Assembly: GCA_039638295.1 (NCBI GenBank)
Contig: JBDIWJ010000009.1
Span: forward strand, 1 to 47,314
Reading direction: 5' to 3'
From: Candidatus Phoenicimicrobium oleiphilum
GTDB taxonomy: Bacteria > Atribacterota > Phoenicimicrobiia > Phoenicimicrobiales > Phoenicimicrobiaceae
DNA: 47,314 nucleotides
The notes below the pieces were generated by a model. It ran no database searches. It was not told the origin of the DNA and saw only the letters and a program-made list of their open reading frames with translations. The position numbers were made by a program, and so were the translations under genes. Positions within the stretch are counted from its first letter, which is position 1. Each line of letters starts with the position of its first letter. Positions 9,476-19,230 of the stretch are shown one piece after another.

Positions 9476-10423
9476 TTGGTGAAAATTGTATTTTTAGGTA
9501 CAGGTTCTGGGATGCCTACTATAAAACGCAATGTATCTTCAATCGCCCTTGTTTTTACTAACAGTAATAAATTATGGTTATGGGATTGCGGAGAAGGTAC
9601 CCAGCATCAAATACAAAAAACTTCTTTAAAATTATCTAAATTGGAGAAAATATTTATTACGCATTTACATGGAGACCATACTTTTGGTCTTCCCGGCCTA
9701 TTGGCTTCTCGGGGATTAAGAGGTGGTCAAGATCAGGGAAATGTTCAGATATTTGGACCGAGTGGCCTTGATAGTTATTTGGAACAAATTCAAAATATAA
9801 CTAAGACTTATTTTCCTTATAAAATTGAAATAAACATTATCCCTCAGGTTTTTTCAGAGGGAATACTTTATGAAAACGAAGAGTATCTGGTTCGATACAC
9901 TGAGGTATTTCATAATATTAAAACTTATGCCTATTCTATTGAAGAGAAAAAGGGAAAATGTCATTTCTTAATAGAAAAAGCCAAGAAATTTAATATACCA
10001 CCAGGTCCAATTTATCGGGCTTTAAAAAATGGGGAGAAGGTAAAGTTACCTGATGGAAGGATCTTTTATGGTAAAGACTTTGTAAGTAATATCGAGAAAG
10101 GTAGAAAAATTGTTTTTGGTGGAGATACAGTTTTTTGTGAAAATTTGGTGTATATATCCAAGAACGCAGATCTTTTAATTCATGAGGCAACCTTTTCTCA
10201 ACAAGAAGAAGATTTAGCCAAAAGAAATTTTCATTCAACCACATCAGTAGCTGCCCAAATAGCCAGAAAGGCTCAAGTGAAACAGCTCATATTAACTCAT
10301 ATAAGTCCTCGGTATAGTTCAAATAATAAATTAACAATAAGCGAAAAGGATTTACTTTGTGAAGCACAGAGCATATTCCCCGAAACTTTATTAGCTGAAG
10401 ATTTTATGGAATATAATATTTAG
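9476..10423 (+). CDS. rnz: Ribonuclease Z
   Basis: FLGTG..PT..RN, DCGEGTQ, THLHGDH, exosite PPGP, HEAT, HST, THISPRY. Confidence 0.94.
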   Translation: MVKIVFLGTGSGMPTIKRNVSSIALVFTNSNKLWLWDCGEGTQHQIQKTSLKLSKLEKIFITHLHGDHTFGLPGLLASRGLRGGQDQGNVQIFGPSGLDSYLEQIQNITKTYFPYKIEINIIPQVFSEGILYENEEYLVRYTEVFHNIKTYAYSIEEKKGKCHFLIEKAKKFNIPPGPIYRALKNGEKVKLPDGRIFYGKDFVSNIEKGRKIVFGGDTVFCENLVYISKNADLLIHEATFSQQEEDLAKRNFHSTTSVAAQIARKAQVKQLILTHISPRYSSNNKLTISEKDLLCEAQSIFPETLLAEDFMEYNI

Positions 10424-10573
10424 AATATGGAATTATGGATTGTAAAAATAAAAAACTTGAAATATATTAATTTTTGAGTTATTCTTTATGTTAACAATAT
10501 TTCTGCCTTATTGCCTTCAATATTTACGAGGATATTATAAGTAATATCTATAATAAAAGGAGGAAGATTTAAA

Positions 10574-10759
10574 ATGAAAGTAGTAATTGATAAAGATCTA
10601 TGCACGGGATGTGGACTTTGTGAGGATACTTGCCCCGAAGTTTTTGAGGTTAAAGATGGGGTAGCAACATTAAAAGTTAGTAAGGTACCAGATGACTTAA
10701 TCGAATCATGTAAAGAGGCTGCTGATGGTTGCCCAGTAGAAGCTATAACCTGTGAATAA
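10574..10759 (+). CDS. Single-cluster [4Fe-4S] ferredoxin
   Basis: CTGCGLC...CPEVF...CPVEAI; AGGAGG RBS. Confidence 0.92.
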   Translation: MKVVIDKDLCTGCGLCEDTCPEVFEVKDGVATLKVSKVPDDLIESCKEAADGCPVEAITCE

Positions 10760-10780
10760 GAAAAAGAAAATAAAATATAT

Positions 10781-10823
10781 AAATAAAAAAGAGCAGATTA
10801 ATCGAATCTGTTCTTTTTTATTT
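10781..10823 (+). terminator. Intrinsic (possibly bidirectional) terminator
   Basis: AAAAAAGAGCAGATT/AATCTGTTCTTTTTT stem with A- and T-tracts. Confidence 0.8.
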
Positions 10824-10911
10824 TAGCAATGTTAGTTCCCCTCCCAAGTTCTCATTTAATTTAAAAAGATAAGATGCAAATAAAATGAGAACTTGAGTTG
10901 CTTACCAGCAT

Positions 10912-10944
10912 AATGTTGACAATAATAGTCATAAATAATATAAT
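10912..10944 (+). promoter_or_regulatory. Consensus sigma70 promoter overlapped by an IscR type-1-like operator
   Basis: TTGACA(10916)-N17-TATAAT(10939); TGAC-N7-GTCA dyad over the -35. Confidence 0.72.
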
Positions 10945-10999
10945 TTCCTAGTAAAGTGAAGAAGTTTATGTTAAATATTATTTAAAAGGAGAAAGAACT

Positions 11000-11467
11000 A
11001 TGAAGTTATCTACTCGAGGAAGATATGCACTTCGTGCTATGATAGATTTAGCTCAGATTCAATGTAATGATTCAAAACCGATTTCTTTAAGAGATGTTTC
11101 TCTGAGGCAAGGTATTTCATTACAATATTTAGAACAATTGTTTAATAAACTAAAGAAAGCGAATTTAGTAGAAAGCACTAGAGGAGCAGGCGGAGGATAT
11201 CTATTAGCCAAAGAAGCCAAAGAGATTAGTGCTGGTGATATAATAAGGGCAGTGGAAGGACCGATAGTTTTAGTTGATTGCCTTCTAACTGGGGGAAAAA
11301 TTAAAAAGGATGCACCAAAAGAATGTAAAAAGATAGAAGATTGTGCTATCAAGATATTATTAGAGAAGATAACCCAGCAGATAAATCAAACTTTAAATAA
11401 GACTACTTTAAAGGATTTGTGTAAAATAGCTCAAAAAATAGAAGAAGGGCGAAGAGATGGAAGATAA
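11000..11467 (+). CDS. Rrf2 family transcriptional regulator, IscR-like (three Cys)
   Basis: MKLSTRGRYALRAM, YLEQLF, RGAGGGY; C..C..C in the C-terminal half. Confidence 0.9.
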   Translation: MKLSTRGRYALRAMIDLAQIQCNDSKPISLRDVSLRQGISLQYLEQLFNKLKKANLVESTRGAGGGYLLAKEAKEISAGDIIRAVEGPIVLVDCLLTGGKIKKDAPKECKKIEDCAIKILLEKITQQINQTLNKTTLKDLCKIAQKIEEGRRDGR

Positions 11468-12455
11468 GATAAAAGCAGTAGCTTTGTTCTCTGGGGGTTT
11501 AGATAGTATTTTAGCAATAAAAATTATCCAGGCACAGGAAATAGAGGTAATAGGAGTAAATTTTAAGAGCCCTTTCTTTGGTTTGGATAAAACTTTGGTA
11601 ATTGCGAAGGATTTGAATGTAAATTTAGAAATAATAGATATTACCGAAGAGCTTCTGAAGATATTAAAAGAACCCAAGCATGGATTCGGAAAGAATATGA
11701 ATCCCTGTATAGACTGTCATACCCTTATGTTTAAGAAGGCAGGAGAATATATGACTAAAATAGGAGCTTCTTTTATTTTAAGTGGAGAAGTCTTGGGGGA
11801 AAGACCGATGTCTCAGAATAGGAGTAGTTTAAGTATAATTGAAAGAGAATCAGGATTTGAAGGCAGAATTCTTCGTCCATTATCTGCTCTATTATTACCA
11901 GAGACTATTCCCGAAAAAGAAGGATTGGTGGATAGAAATAAATTATTAGATATTTCTGGCCGCTCGAGAAAAAGACAGATAGAATTAGCTGCTAATATGG
12001 GAATAGAGAATTATCCTTCTCCTGCTGGAGGTTGCAAATTAACTGAGCCGGCTTTTTCTAAGAGATTAAAAGATTTATTTACTCAGGAAAAATATTCTTT
12101 AGAGGAGATAGAGCTGTTAAAGTTAGGTCGACACTTTAGATTAGGCAGAGATGTTAAGTTAGTAGTGGGGCGTAACAAAAATGAGAATGAGAAAATACAA
12201 AAATTTTTTCAAGAAGGAGATTTGCTTTTTAAAGCAAAAAATTTAAAAAGTCCGGTTTCTTTATTAAAAGGAGCTTATCGAATAAACGATGATTTTGTTA
12301 GTAAATCCTGTCAGATTACTGCCAGGTATTGTGATAGAAATGGAGAAGAAAATGACGAAGTGTATATAAATTATTTTGATAAGTTTAAGAAATGTATTAA
12401 AACAAAAAAAGTAAAACCGATGAAAGAAGAAGAATTAAAAGTTTTGAGGATTTAA
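11457..12455 (+). CDS. PP-loop tRNA thiouridylase-like protein (ThiI/MnmA-related)
   Basis: SGGLDS PP-loop, NPCIDCH, GEVLGERPMSQ, PAGGCKLT, GRHFRL. Confidence 0.75.
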   Translation: MEDKIKAVALFSGGLDSILAIKIIQAQEIEVIGVNFKSPFFGLDKTLVIAKDLNVNLEIIDITEELLKILKEPKHGFGKNMNPCIDCHTLMFKKAGEYMTKIGASFILSGEVLGERPMSQNRSSLSIIERESGFEGRILRPLSALLLPETIPEKEGLVDRNKLLDISGRSRKRQIELAANMGIENYPSPAGGCKLTEPAFSKRLKDLFTQEKYSLEEIELLKLGRHFRLGRDVKLVVGRNKNENEKIQKFFQEGDLLFKAKNLKSPVSLLKGAYRINDDFVSKSCQITARYCDRNGEENDEVYINYFDKFKKCIKTKKVKPMKEEELKVLRI

Positions 12456-12496
12456 ATATATAAAAAATAAAATAATACAAAGGAAATAAAATATTA

Positions 12497-13546
12497 ATGA
12501 GTAAAAATATAAAAAAGAAAGTAATGGTAGCTATGAGCGGAGGAGTAGATAGTTCTGTGGCAGCTGCTTTATTAAAAGAAGAAGGTTATGAAGTTTTTGG
12601 TTTTACTATGAATCATTATAAAGGAAAAAATGATTTAGAAATAGCCCGCCAAGTTGCCCAAAAATTGAAAATTCCCTGGAGTATTGTTGATTGCACAAAA
12701 GAGTTTAAAAAATTGGTGATAGATTATTTCTGCAGAGAATATTTAGCAGGTCGCACTCCTAATCCCTGTGTAGTTTGTAATTTAAAGATAAAGTTTGGCT
12801 TATTGCTGAAGAAAGCGAAATCTTTGGGTATGGATTATTTTGCTACAGGTCATTATGCTATTAATGAGTATGACCAAGAGAGTAATAAGTTTTTACTAAA
12901 AAGAGGAGTAGATAAAAGTAAAGACCAATCTTATTTTCTTTACCGATTAAACCAAGATATATTGCCCTATGTTTTATTTCCTTTAGGCGAACTTAGGAAA
13001 AGTCAATCTCGAGAATTAGCTAAAAAATATGAGTTCAGTAATTATAAAAAAGAAGAAAGTCAAGAGATTTGTTTTATTAGGGAGGGAGATTATAGAAAAT
13101 TTTTTAAACAAAATGTTTCTGAAAATATAGAGCAGGGTAAATTTAGAGATAAATCCGGGAATATATTGGGGTTACATCAAGGTATACCCTTCTATACCAT
13201 TGGACAAAGAAAGAAATTGGGTATCTCTTCTAATGAGAGGACATATGTAATTAAAATAGATTATCGAAAAAATGATATCATTTTAGGGGTGGAAAGAGAC
13301 CTGTATCAAAATAAAACAATAGTTAAAGATCTAAATTTTGTATCTGATATTAAATTTTCAGGACCTATGAAAGTAGAGGTTAAAATAAGATATAATAGCA
13401 AAAAATCTTCTGCAATTATTTCCCCTTATGGCAAGAGTAAAGTGTTGATTAGTTTTTATGAGCCCCAAAGAGCGATTACTCCAGGACAGTCCGCAGTTTT
13501 CTACCAAGGTGATATAGTAATAGGAGGTGGGATAATAGAGAAATAG
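12497..13546 (+). CDS. mnmA: tRNA 2-thiouridine(34) synthase
   Basis: AMSGGVDSS, GRTPNPCVVCN, ATGHY, KDQSYFL, ESQEICF, TPGQSAVFY. Confidence 0.95.
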   Translation: MSKNIKKKVMVAMSGGVDSSVAAALLKEEGYEVFGFTMNHYKGKNDLEIARQVAQKLKIPWSIVDCTKEFKKLVIDYFCREYLAGRTPNPCVVCNLKIKFGLLLKKAKSLGMDYFATGHYAINEYDQESNKFLLKRGVDKSKDQSYFLYRLNQDILPYVLFPLGELRKSQSRELAKKYEFSNYKKEESQEICFIREGDYRKFFKQNVSENIEQGKFRDKSGNILGLHQGIPFYTIGQRKKLGISSNERTYVIKIDYRKNDIILGVERDLYQNKTIVKDLNFVSDIKFSGPMKVEVKIRYNSKKSSAIISPYGKSKVLISFYEPQRAITPGQSAVFYQGDIVIGGGIIEK

Positions 13547-13713
13547 TAAACTTTTGCTTTGCTATTTAAACTTTTATCTTCTTTTATCTTCTTTTATTTC
13601 CCCTTAAACCTACAAATTTAAATTGCCTTCCAAAAAAGTTAAAAATATTATTTTGAAATTTGTATTTTTATTTTTTAAAAAAATTTGCAATTACCAGAAA
13701 TTTATGTTATATT

Positions 13714-13739
13714 TCCTGTATACAAAAATGTATACAGGA
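13714..13739. promoter_or_regulatory. Perfect palindrome overlapping the RBS; candidate operator or RBS-sequestering hairpin
   Basis: TCCTGTATACA-AAAA-TGTATACAGGA, downstream of a TTGCAA..TGTTATAT promoter-like sequence. Confidence 0.55.
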
Positions 13740-13750
13740 GAATATAATAA

Positions 13751-14275
13751 GTGCAGTTTATTCGAATAGGCGAAAAAATTATATGTAAAGAAAAACTAAA
13801 TAGAGAAATTGAAAAGATTTTAGAATTAAGAACTAAAGGGATAACTCAGGAGGGAGTAGCTCGTAAATTAGGAGTGGAAAGAACCTTTGTTTCTCGATTA
13901 GAAAGTTTAGGCGAGATAAGAAGAGGTAAGAAGATTGCCCTCGTCGGTTTTCCTATTAAGAATAAAGAAGAATTGACTCATTTAGCAGAGGAACTGGGGA
14001 TTGAATATGTCTTCCTTTTAACCCAAGAAGAACGTTTTGAATTTATAAAGAAAAAAGGAAAAAGTGAATTGTTTAATGAGATTATAGAAATAATTGTAAA
14101 CTTATCAGATTTTGATTTGATTATCTTTCTGGGTTCAGATATGAGGGTGCCAGTGGTGGAGAAAATATTTAGTGTACAGGTAATTGGTATTGTTATTGGT
14201 CATTCACCCATCAAAGAAAGCAAATATGTAAACCCTAAAAGAATAATAGAAATTGTGAGACAGGTTAAGAATTAA
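13751..14275 (+). CDS. HTH-containing putative transcriptional regulator
   Basis: GITQEGVARKLGVERTFVSRLE helix-turn-helix; GTG start. Confidence 0.75.
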   Translation: MQFIRIGEKIICKEKLNREIEKILELRTKGITQEGVARKLGVERTFVSRLESLGEIRRGKKIALVGFPIKNKEELTHLAEELGIEYVFLLTQEERFEFIKKKGKSELFNEIIEIIVNLSDFDLIIFLGSDMRVPVVEKIFSVQVIGIVIGHSPIKESKYVNPKRIIEIVRQVKN

Positions 14276-14377
14276 AAAATTATGTTTGAGCATCGTAATT
14301 TCAAAAATTCCGATGCTCTTACAAGGATACTTTTACCCGTTTTCACGGGTACAAGTTTAAAAAACAATATATTCTAA

Positions 14378-14472
14378 CAAGATTATCAGGAAAAGTTTTA
14401 TATAAAATCGAAATGGAGTAAAAAAGAGATAGAGAGAGGTTTTGCGGGGAGTTTACTCCCCTGACAATCTTG
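14378..14472 (+). repeat. ~95 bp inverted-repeat-bounded element, copy 1
   Basis: CAAGATTATCAGG...GGGAGTTTACTCCC-CTGACAATCTTG. Confidence 0.85.
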
Positions 14473-14507
14473 ATTTTTATTTTTGTATTGGTTAAGGAGG
14501 TATTAGA

Positions 14508-15416
14508 ATGAAAAAAGTTTTGGGAGTTAGCCTTGGTTCTTCGAAGAGAGACCATAAAGTGGTAATAGAAGTGTTAGGAGAAAAGGTTGAGATCGAAAGA
14601 AGAGGAACTGATGGTGATGTTAAAAAGATGATGCAAATATTTCAGGAATATGATGGGAAGGTTGATGTCTTTGGCTTGGGAGGAACAGATTTATATTTGT
14701 ATTCTGGGCCACAGGGTAAGAAATATACTATAAAGGAATCAGAGAGAATTGTAAAAGTTATCAATAAGACTCCAATTGTAGATGGTACAGGGATAAAGTA
14801 TGTTTTGGAAAAGAGCGTAGTAAAATATGTTGATACTCATACTGACATAGTTTTTACAGGAAAAAAGGCTTTGGTGCCAATTACTGTAGATAGATTTGGA
14901 ATGGCTGAGGGTTTGATGGAAGCAGGATGTGAGATGACTTTTGGAGATTTGATATTTTGTCTAAACATACCCATCCCACTTCATTCTTTTAAGAGTATTG
15001 AAATTTTAGCTCGGTTACTTTTACCTGTGTTGGTTTATGTTCCAATAAAATATTTATATCCCACTGGTAAAAAACAGGAAGAATCAAATTTAAAGTATGT
15101 CAAATATTTCCAGGATTCCGATATCATAGCTGGTGATTATTTAGGTATAAGTCAATATATGCCCACAAATATGGAAGGGAAAATAATTATCACCAATACT
15201 GTTACTAGCTCTAATGTGGAGGATCTTAAAAAGAGGGGAGTGAGCTATTTAATTACCACTACCCCAGAATTAAATGGAAGGTCTTTTGGAACTAATGTAT
15301 TTCAGGCTACTCTGGTAGCAATATCTGGGAAGTCTCCGGAAGAGTTAAAGCCAGATGATTATTTAGAATTAGTAGAAAAAATAGGTTTTAAACCAAGGAT
15401 AGAAAGACTAAATTAA
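14508..15416 (+). CDS. Conserved uncharacterised protein (family often auto-annotated 'quinate 5-dehydrogenase')
   Basis: VSLGSSKRDH, ERRGTDGD, GLGGTD, DRFGMAE, TTPELNGRSFGTNV; function not established. Confidence 0.65.
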   Translation: MKKVLGVSLGSSKRDHKVVIEVLGEKVEIERRGTDGDVKKMMQIFQEYDGKVDVFGLGGTDLYLYSGPQGKKYTIKESERIVKVINKTPIVDGTGIKYVLEKSVVKYVDTHTDIVFTGKKALVPITVDRFGMAEGLMEAGCEMTFGDLIFCLNIPIPLHSFKSIEILARLLLPVLVYVPIKYLYPTGKKQEESNLKYVKYFQDSDIIAGDYLGISQYMPTNMEGKIIITNTVTSSNVEDLKKRGVSYLITTTPELNGRSFGTNVFQATLVAISGKSPEELKPDDYLELVEKIGFKPRIERLN

Positions 15417-15449
15417 GTACAAATCTGATATTAAAAAAGGAGAAAAGAA

Positions 15450-16640
15450 ATGGCAATTTTATTAGAAGATAGAATAAATGAACTTCAACAAAGATTGAAA
15501 AAAATGAAGGAAGAAAAAAATTATTTTTACCTAAAAAGCATTGATGGTGCATCTGGGTCAAGGGTTACTATTGATGGTAGAGAGATGATAATGTTTGCTT
15601 CTTATAATTATTTGGGACTGATTACTCATCCCAAGATAAAAAAAGCTGCTATTGAGGCTATTGAAAAATATGGAACTGGTGCTGCTGGGGTTAGGTTGTT
15701 GGCAGGAACTACCAAGGTTCACGAAAAATTAGAAGCAAAGATTGCAGAATTTAAAGGAGCGGAGGATGCAGTTACTTATAGCAGCGGGTATGTAACTAAT
15801 TTAGCCGCTATAACTACTCTTTGCCAAAGAGGGGATTTAGTTATAATTGATAAATTAGATCATGCCAGTATAATTGATGGCTGTCTGCTTTCTGGAGCAA
15901 CTCATAAATCATTCATACATAATGACATGCAGAGTCTGGAAAGAATTTTAGCCAATTCTGAAAAGTATGTTAATAAATTAATTGTAGTTGACGCAGTATA
16001 TAGTATGGATGGGGATGTATCTAATTTACCAGAAATATCTCGTTTGGCTAAAAAATATAATGCTAAAGTTATGGTAGATGAGGCTCACTCTATAGGTGTA
16101 TTAGGAAAGACTGGACATGGTATAGAAGAACATTTTGGCCTTAAAGGTGCTGTGGATATTCATATGGGGACATTAAGCAAGACTATTCCCAGTATCGGAG
16201 GTTATTTAGCAGGGGATAAGGATTTAATCAGTTATTTAAAACATAATTCTAGGCCCTTTATATTTTCAGCAAGTCTTCCTCCTGTAGCAGCTGCAACTGC
16301 GATTGCTTGTTTTGAGGTTATTGAAGATGAGCCTGAACGTATAGAGAATTTACAGAGAAATGTCAAACACTTTAAGAATGGCTTAAATTCAATGGGCTAT
16401 AATACTATGAATAGTACAACAAGTATTGTACCTATCTTAGTGGGTGAAGAAAAAGAAACATTAGAGTTATGCAAAATGGTTAATGATGAAGGAATCTTTA
16501 TTTGTCCTATTCTCTTCCCCGCAATTCCTAAAGGGACCAATCGACTTAGAGCACATGTACTTGCTACTCATACTTCTGAAGATATTGATAAAGCCTTAGA
16601 TGTTTTTAAAAGGGCTGGGGAAAAATTAGGTTTAATCTAA
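15450..16640 (+). CDS. PLP-dependent alpha-oxoamine synthase (BioF/Kbl/SPT family)
   Basis: ASYNYLGL, GTGAAGVRLLAGT, DHASIIDG, YSMDGD, DEAHS, GTLSK. Confidence 0.88.
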   Translation: MAILLEDRINELQQRLKKMKEEKNYFYLKSIDGASGSRVTIDGREMIMFASYNYLGLITHPKIKKAAIEAIEKYGTGAAGVRLLAGTTKVHEKLEAKIAEFKGAEDAVTYSSGYVTNLAAITTLCQRGDLVIIDKLDHASIIDGCLLSGATHKSFIHNDMQSLERILANSEKYVNKLIVVDAVYSMDGDVSNLPEISRLAKKYNAKVMVDEAHSIGVLGKTGHGIEEHFGLKGAVDIHMGTLSKTIPSIGGYLAGDKDLISYLKHNSRPFIFSASLPPVAAATAIACFEVIEDEPERIENLQRNVKHFKNGLNSMGYNTMNSTTSIVPILVGEEKETLELCKMVNDEGIFICPILFPAIPKGTNRLRAHVLATHTSEDIDKALDVFKRAGEKLGLI

Positions 16641-16705
16641 TAATAACTAATAACCGAATATAACAATAAAAGTTAGTGCAAAATTTAGTGGGGTAGCAAA
16701 TTTAT

Positions 16706-16734
16706 TTGACAAGGGAATATTAATATCTTATAAT
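16706..16734 (+). promoter_or_regulatory. Consensus sigma70 promoter upstream of greA
   Basis: TTGACA-N17-TATAAT. Confidence 0.75.
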
Positions 16735-16875
16735 TTCTATTAAAGATTATTATAATGTTATAAATATAAGCACTATTATTTCAAAAGTTTGATAGTGCTT
16801 ATATTTTAGAGCATCGGAGTTTTAATAAATTCGATGCTCTAAAATATATATTTTTTAAATAAGAAATGGATTTTA

Positions 16876-16975
16876 GCAAGTTTGCCAGGGTCAAGAAAGG
16901 TATTTTATAAAACCCAAAAGAAATAACAAAAGGCATAAGGATTTCAAAGGGAGTTTACCTCCATGACAATCTTGC
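16876..16975 (+). repeat. Inverted-repeat-bounded element, copy 2
   Basis: GCAAGTTTGCCAGGG...GGGAGTTTACCTCCATGACAATCTTGC. Confidence 0.78.
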
Positions 16976-17024
16976 AGTAATTGTAGTTTTAAATATATCA
17001 TGATATCCACTAAGGAGAGAAATA

Positions 17025-17495
17025 ATGCTTGAAAAAAAAGTAATGTTAACCGAAGAAGGCCTAAAAAAAATTGAAGAAGAACTTCGGTACCTTAAATCTG
17101 TAAAGAGAAAAGAGATTGCTGAAAAAATTAGAAATGCAATAACCTTTGGTGAAATTGCTGAGAATGCAGAATATAATGCTGCCAAAAACGAACAAGCCTT
17201 TATCGAAGGCAGAATTTTAACTTTAGAGAAAATTATAGAAAATTATGAATTAATAGATAAAGAAAAAAACCTGGATTTTGTATCACTAGGGTCGGAAGTT
17301 TTAGTTGAAGATTTAGATAAACATAAAAAGATTAAGTACACTATTTTAGATTATGTAGAATCTGAACCTGATTGCGGAAAAATATCAATTTCCTCACCTA
17401 TTGGTAAGGCACTTTTGGGAAAAAAGAAAGGTGATGTAATAGAAATTAGAGTTCCTGCGGGACATCTCAAATATAAAATTTTGGATATTAAATAA
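17025..17495 (+). CDS. greA: Transcription elongation factor GreA
   Basis: LTEEG..L, ENAEY.AAK.EQ..IEGRI, ISISSPIGKALLG. Confidence 0.9.
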   Translation: MLEKKVMLTEEGLKKIEEELRYLKSVKRKEIAEKIRNAITFGEIAENAEYNAAKNEQAFIEGRILTLEKIIENYELIDKEKNLDFVSLGSEVLVEDLDKHKKIKYTILDYVESEPDCGKISISSPIGKALLGKKKGDVIEIRVPAGHLKYKILDIK

Positions 17496-17748
17496 TATAA
17501 GTTATAGAAATTAGGAAAATTCTTATATCTCAAATTAAATAATATAAAAAATATTGATTATAATAATGAACAAAGTTTTTTAAAATAAAAATGCTTTGTT
17601 CATTATTTATTTTTAAACTCTTTATAATGTGGTAAAATAAATATAAAATGATTTAATTTCATTATTAAAAATATCACGGAGGATGTTATAATGAATTTAA
17701 ATTTGAGTAAAAATTTTTAGCTAATATGATGAATATGAGGTGAACTAG

Positions 17749-19230
17749 ATGGACACAAAGAAGAGCATAACAGAAATAATATCTAATAAATGGGAAGAAA
17801 TAGAAGAATTAAGGAAAGAGAATATAGACCCTTTTGGACATAGTTTTGTTAGAACTTGCAAAATAAGCGATTTAATAGAAAAAAATAAAAATATAGAGAT
17901 TGGCGAATGCAACCAAGAAGAAATCTCTATAGCAGGTAGATTAATGGCTTTGAGGAGACACGGGAAAGCCATCTTTGGCAACATCGAAGATATTAGCGGT
18001 AAAATACAAATTTATATCAAGTCAAATGAAATTGGAGAGAGCGCATTTGAAATTTTTGGGAAGATAGATATCGGAGATATTTTGGGAGTAACTGGTTTGG
18101 TCTTTAAAACCAGAACTGGTGAGATTACTATTTTGGTGAAGAAATTTACTCTTTTATGTAAATCTATACGCAGCTTACCTGAAAAGTGGCATGGCTTAAA
18201 AGATGTAGAGATAAGATACAGAAAGAGGTATTTAGATCTAATAGTAAATTCACAAGTCAGAGAAATTTTTATTAAAAGAAGCAGATTAATACAATCTATA
18301 AGAGATTTTTTAAATGATAGAGGTTATTTAGAGGTAGAAACACCTATAATGCAACCAATTCCTGGCGGAGCTACAGCTCGTCCTTTTATTACCCACCACA
18401 ATGCCCTTCATAGAGATTTTTATTTACGAATTGCCCCAGAATTATATTTAAAACGTTTGCTGGTTGGGGGGCTCGAAAAAGTATATGAGTTAAGCCGCAA
18501 TTTTAGAAACGAAGGTATTTCCACTAAGCATAATCCAGAATTTACGATGTTAGAATTATATGAAGCATATGGAGATTATCATACTATGATGCAAATTACT
18601 GAGGAATTAGTATCTTATACAGTCAAAAATGTTTCAGGAAGTTTAGAGGTGGAATACCAGGGGAACAAGATTAATTTTGCTCCACCCTGGAGAAGGATAA
18701 GTATGTATAAAGCAATCGAAGAAGCTGCAGGTGTTCAAATTAGTAAATTAACCCCTGCAGATTATGAAAAAATTATTAAAAAACATAGTTTAAATATAAA
18801 AGGTGATGTAAACAAAGGCGAAATTGCCAATGAACTATTTGAAAAATATGTTGAACCTACTTTAATTCAGCCAACTTTTGTTCTTGATTACCCGGTTGAG
18901 CTTTCACCTCTTTCAAAACAGAAGAAGGATTATCCAGAATTGGTAGAGCGTTTTGAATTGTTTATCAATTCAATGGAATTAGCCAATGCCTTTACTGAAT
19001 TAAATGATCCAGCGGAACAGAAACGTCGGTTTGAAGAGCAGGTTGCCAAAAAAGAAGCTGGAGATATGGAAAGCCACTTTATGGATGAAGATTATATTGA
19101 GGCTTTGGAATATGGAATGCCTCCCGCTGGAGGTTTAGGTATAGGTATTGATAGATTAGTAATGTTACTTACTAATTCTAATTCAATTAAAGAAGTTATA
19201 CTCTTCCCGCAATTAAAATCAAAAGAATAA
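17749..19230 (+). CDS. lysS: Lysine--tRNA ligase (class II)
   Basis: LPEKWHGL, RKRYLDL, GGATARPF, FRNEGIS..HNPEF, YGMPPAGGLGIGIDR. Confidence 0.97.
   Translation: MDTKKSITEIISNKWEEIEELRKENIDPFGHSFVRTCKISDLIEKNKNIEIGECNQEEISIAGRLMALRRHGKAIFGNIEDISGKIQIYIKSNEIGESAFEIFGKIDIGDILGVTGLVFKTRTGEITILVKKFTLLCKSIRSLPEKWHGLKDVEIRYRKRYLDLIVNSQVREIFIKRSRLIQSIRDFLNDRGYLEVETPIMQPIPGGATARPFITHHNALHRDFYLRIAPELYLKRLLVGGLEKVYELSRNFRNEGISTKHNPEFTMLELYEAYGDYHTMMQITEELVSYTVKNVSGSLEVEYQGNKINFAPPWRRISMYKAIEEAAGVQISKLTPADYEKIIKKHSLNIKGDVNKGEIANELFEKYVEPTLIQPTFVLDYPVELSPLSKQKKDYPELVERFELFINSMELANAFTELNDPAEQKRRFEEQVAKKEAGDMESHFMDEDYIEALEYGMPPAGGLGIGIDRLVMLLTNSNSIKEVILFPQLKSKE

Noticed and set aside
13572..13600. TTTTATCTTC tandem repeat
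   Set aside because: Short low-complexity run with a single occurrence
17496..17748. T-box or lysine riboswitch before lysS
   Set aside because: No T-box consensus or GC-rich aptamer; only an AT-rich hairpin at about 17562-17607
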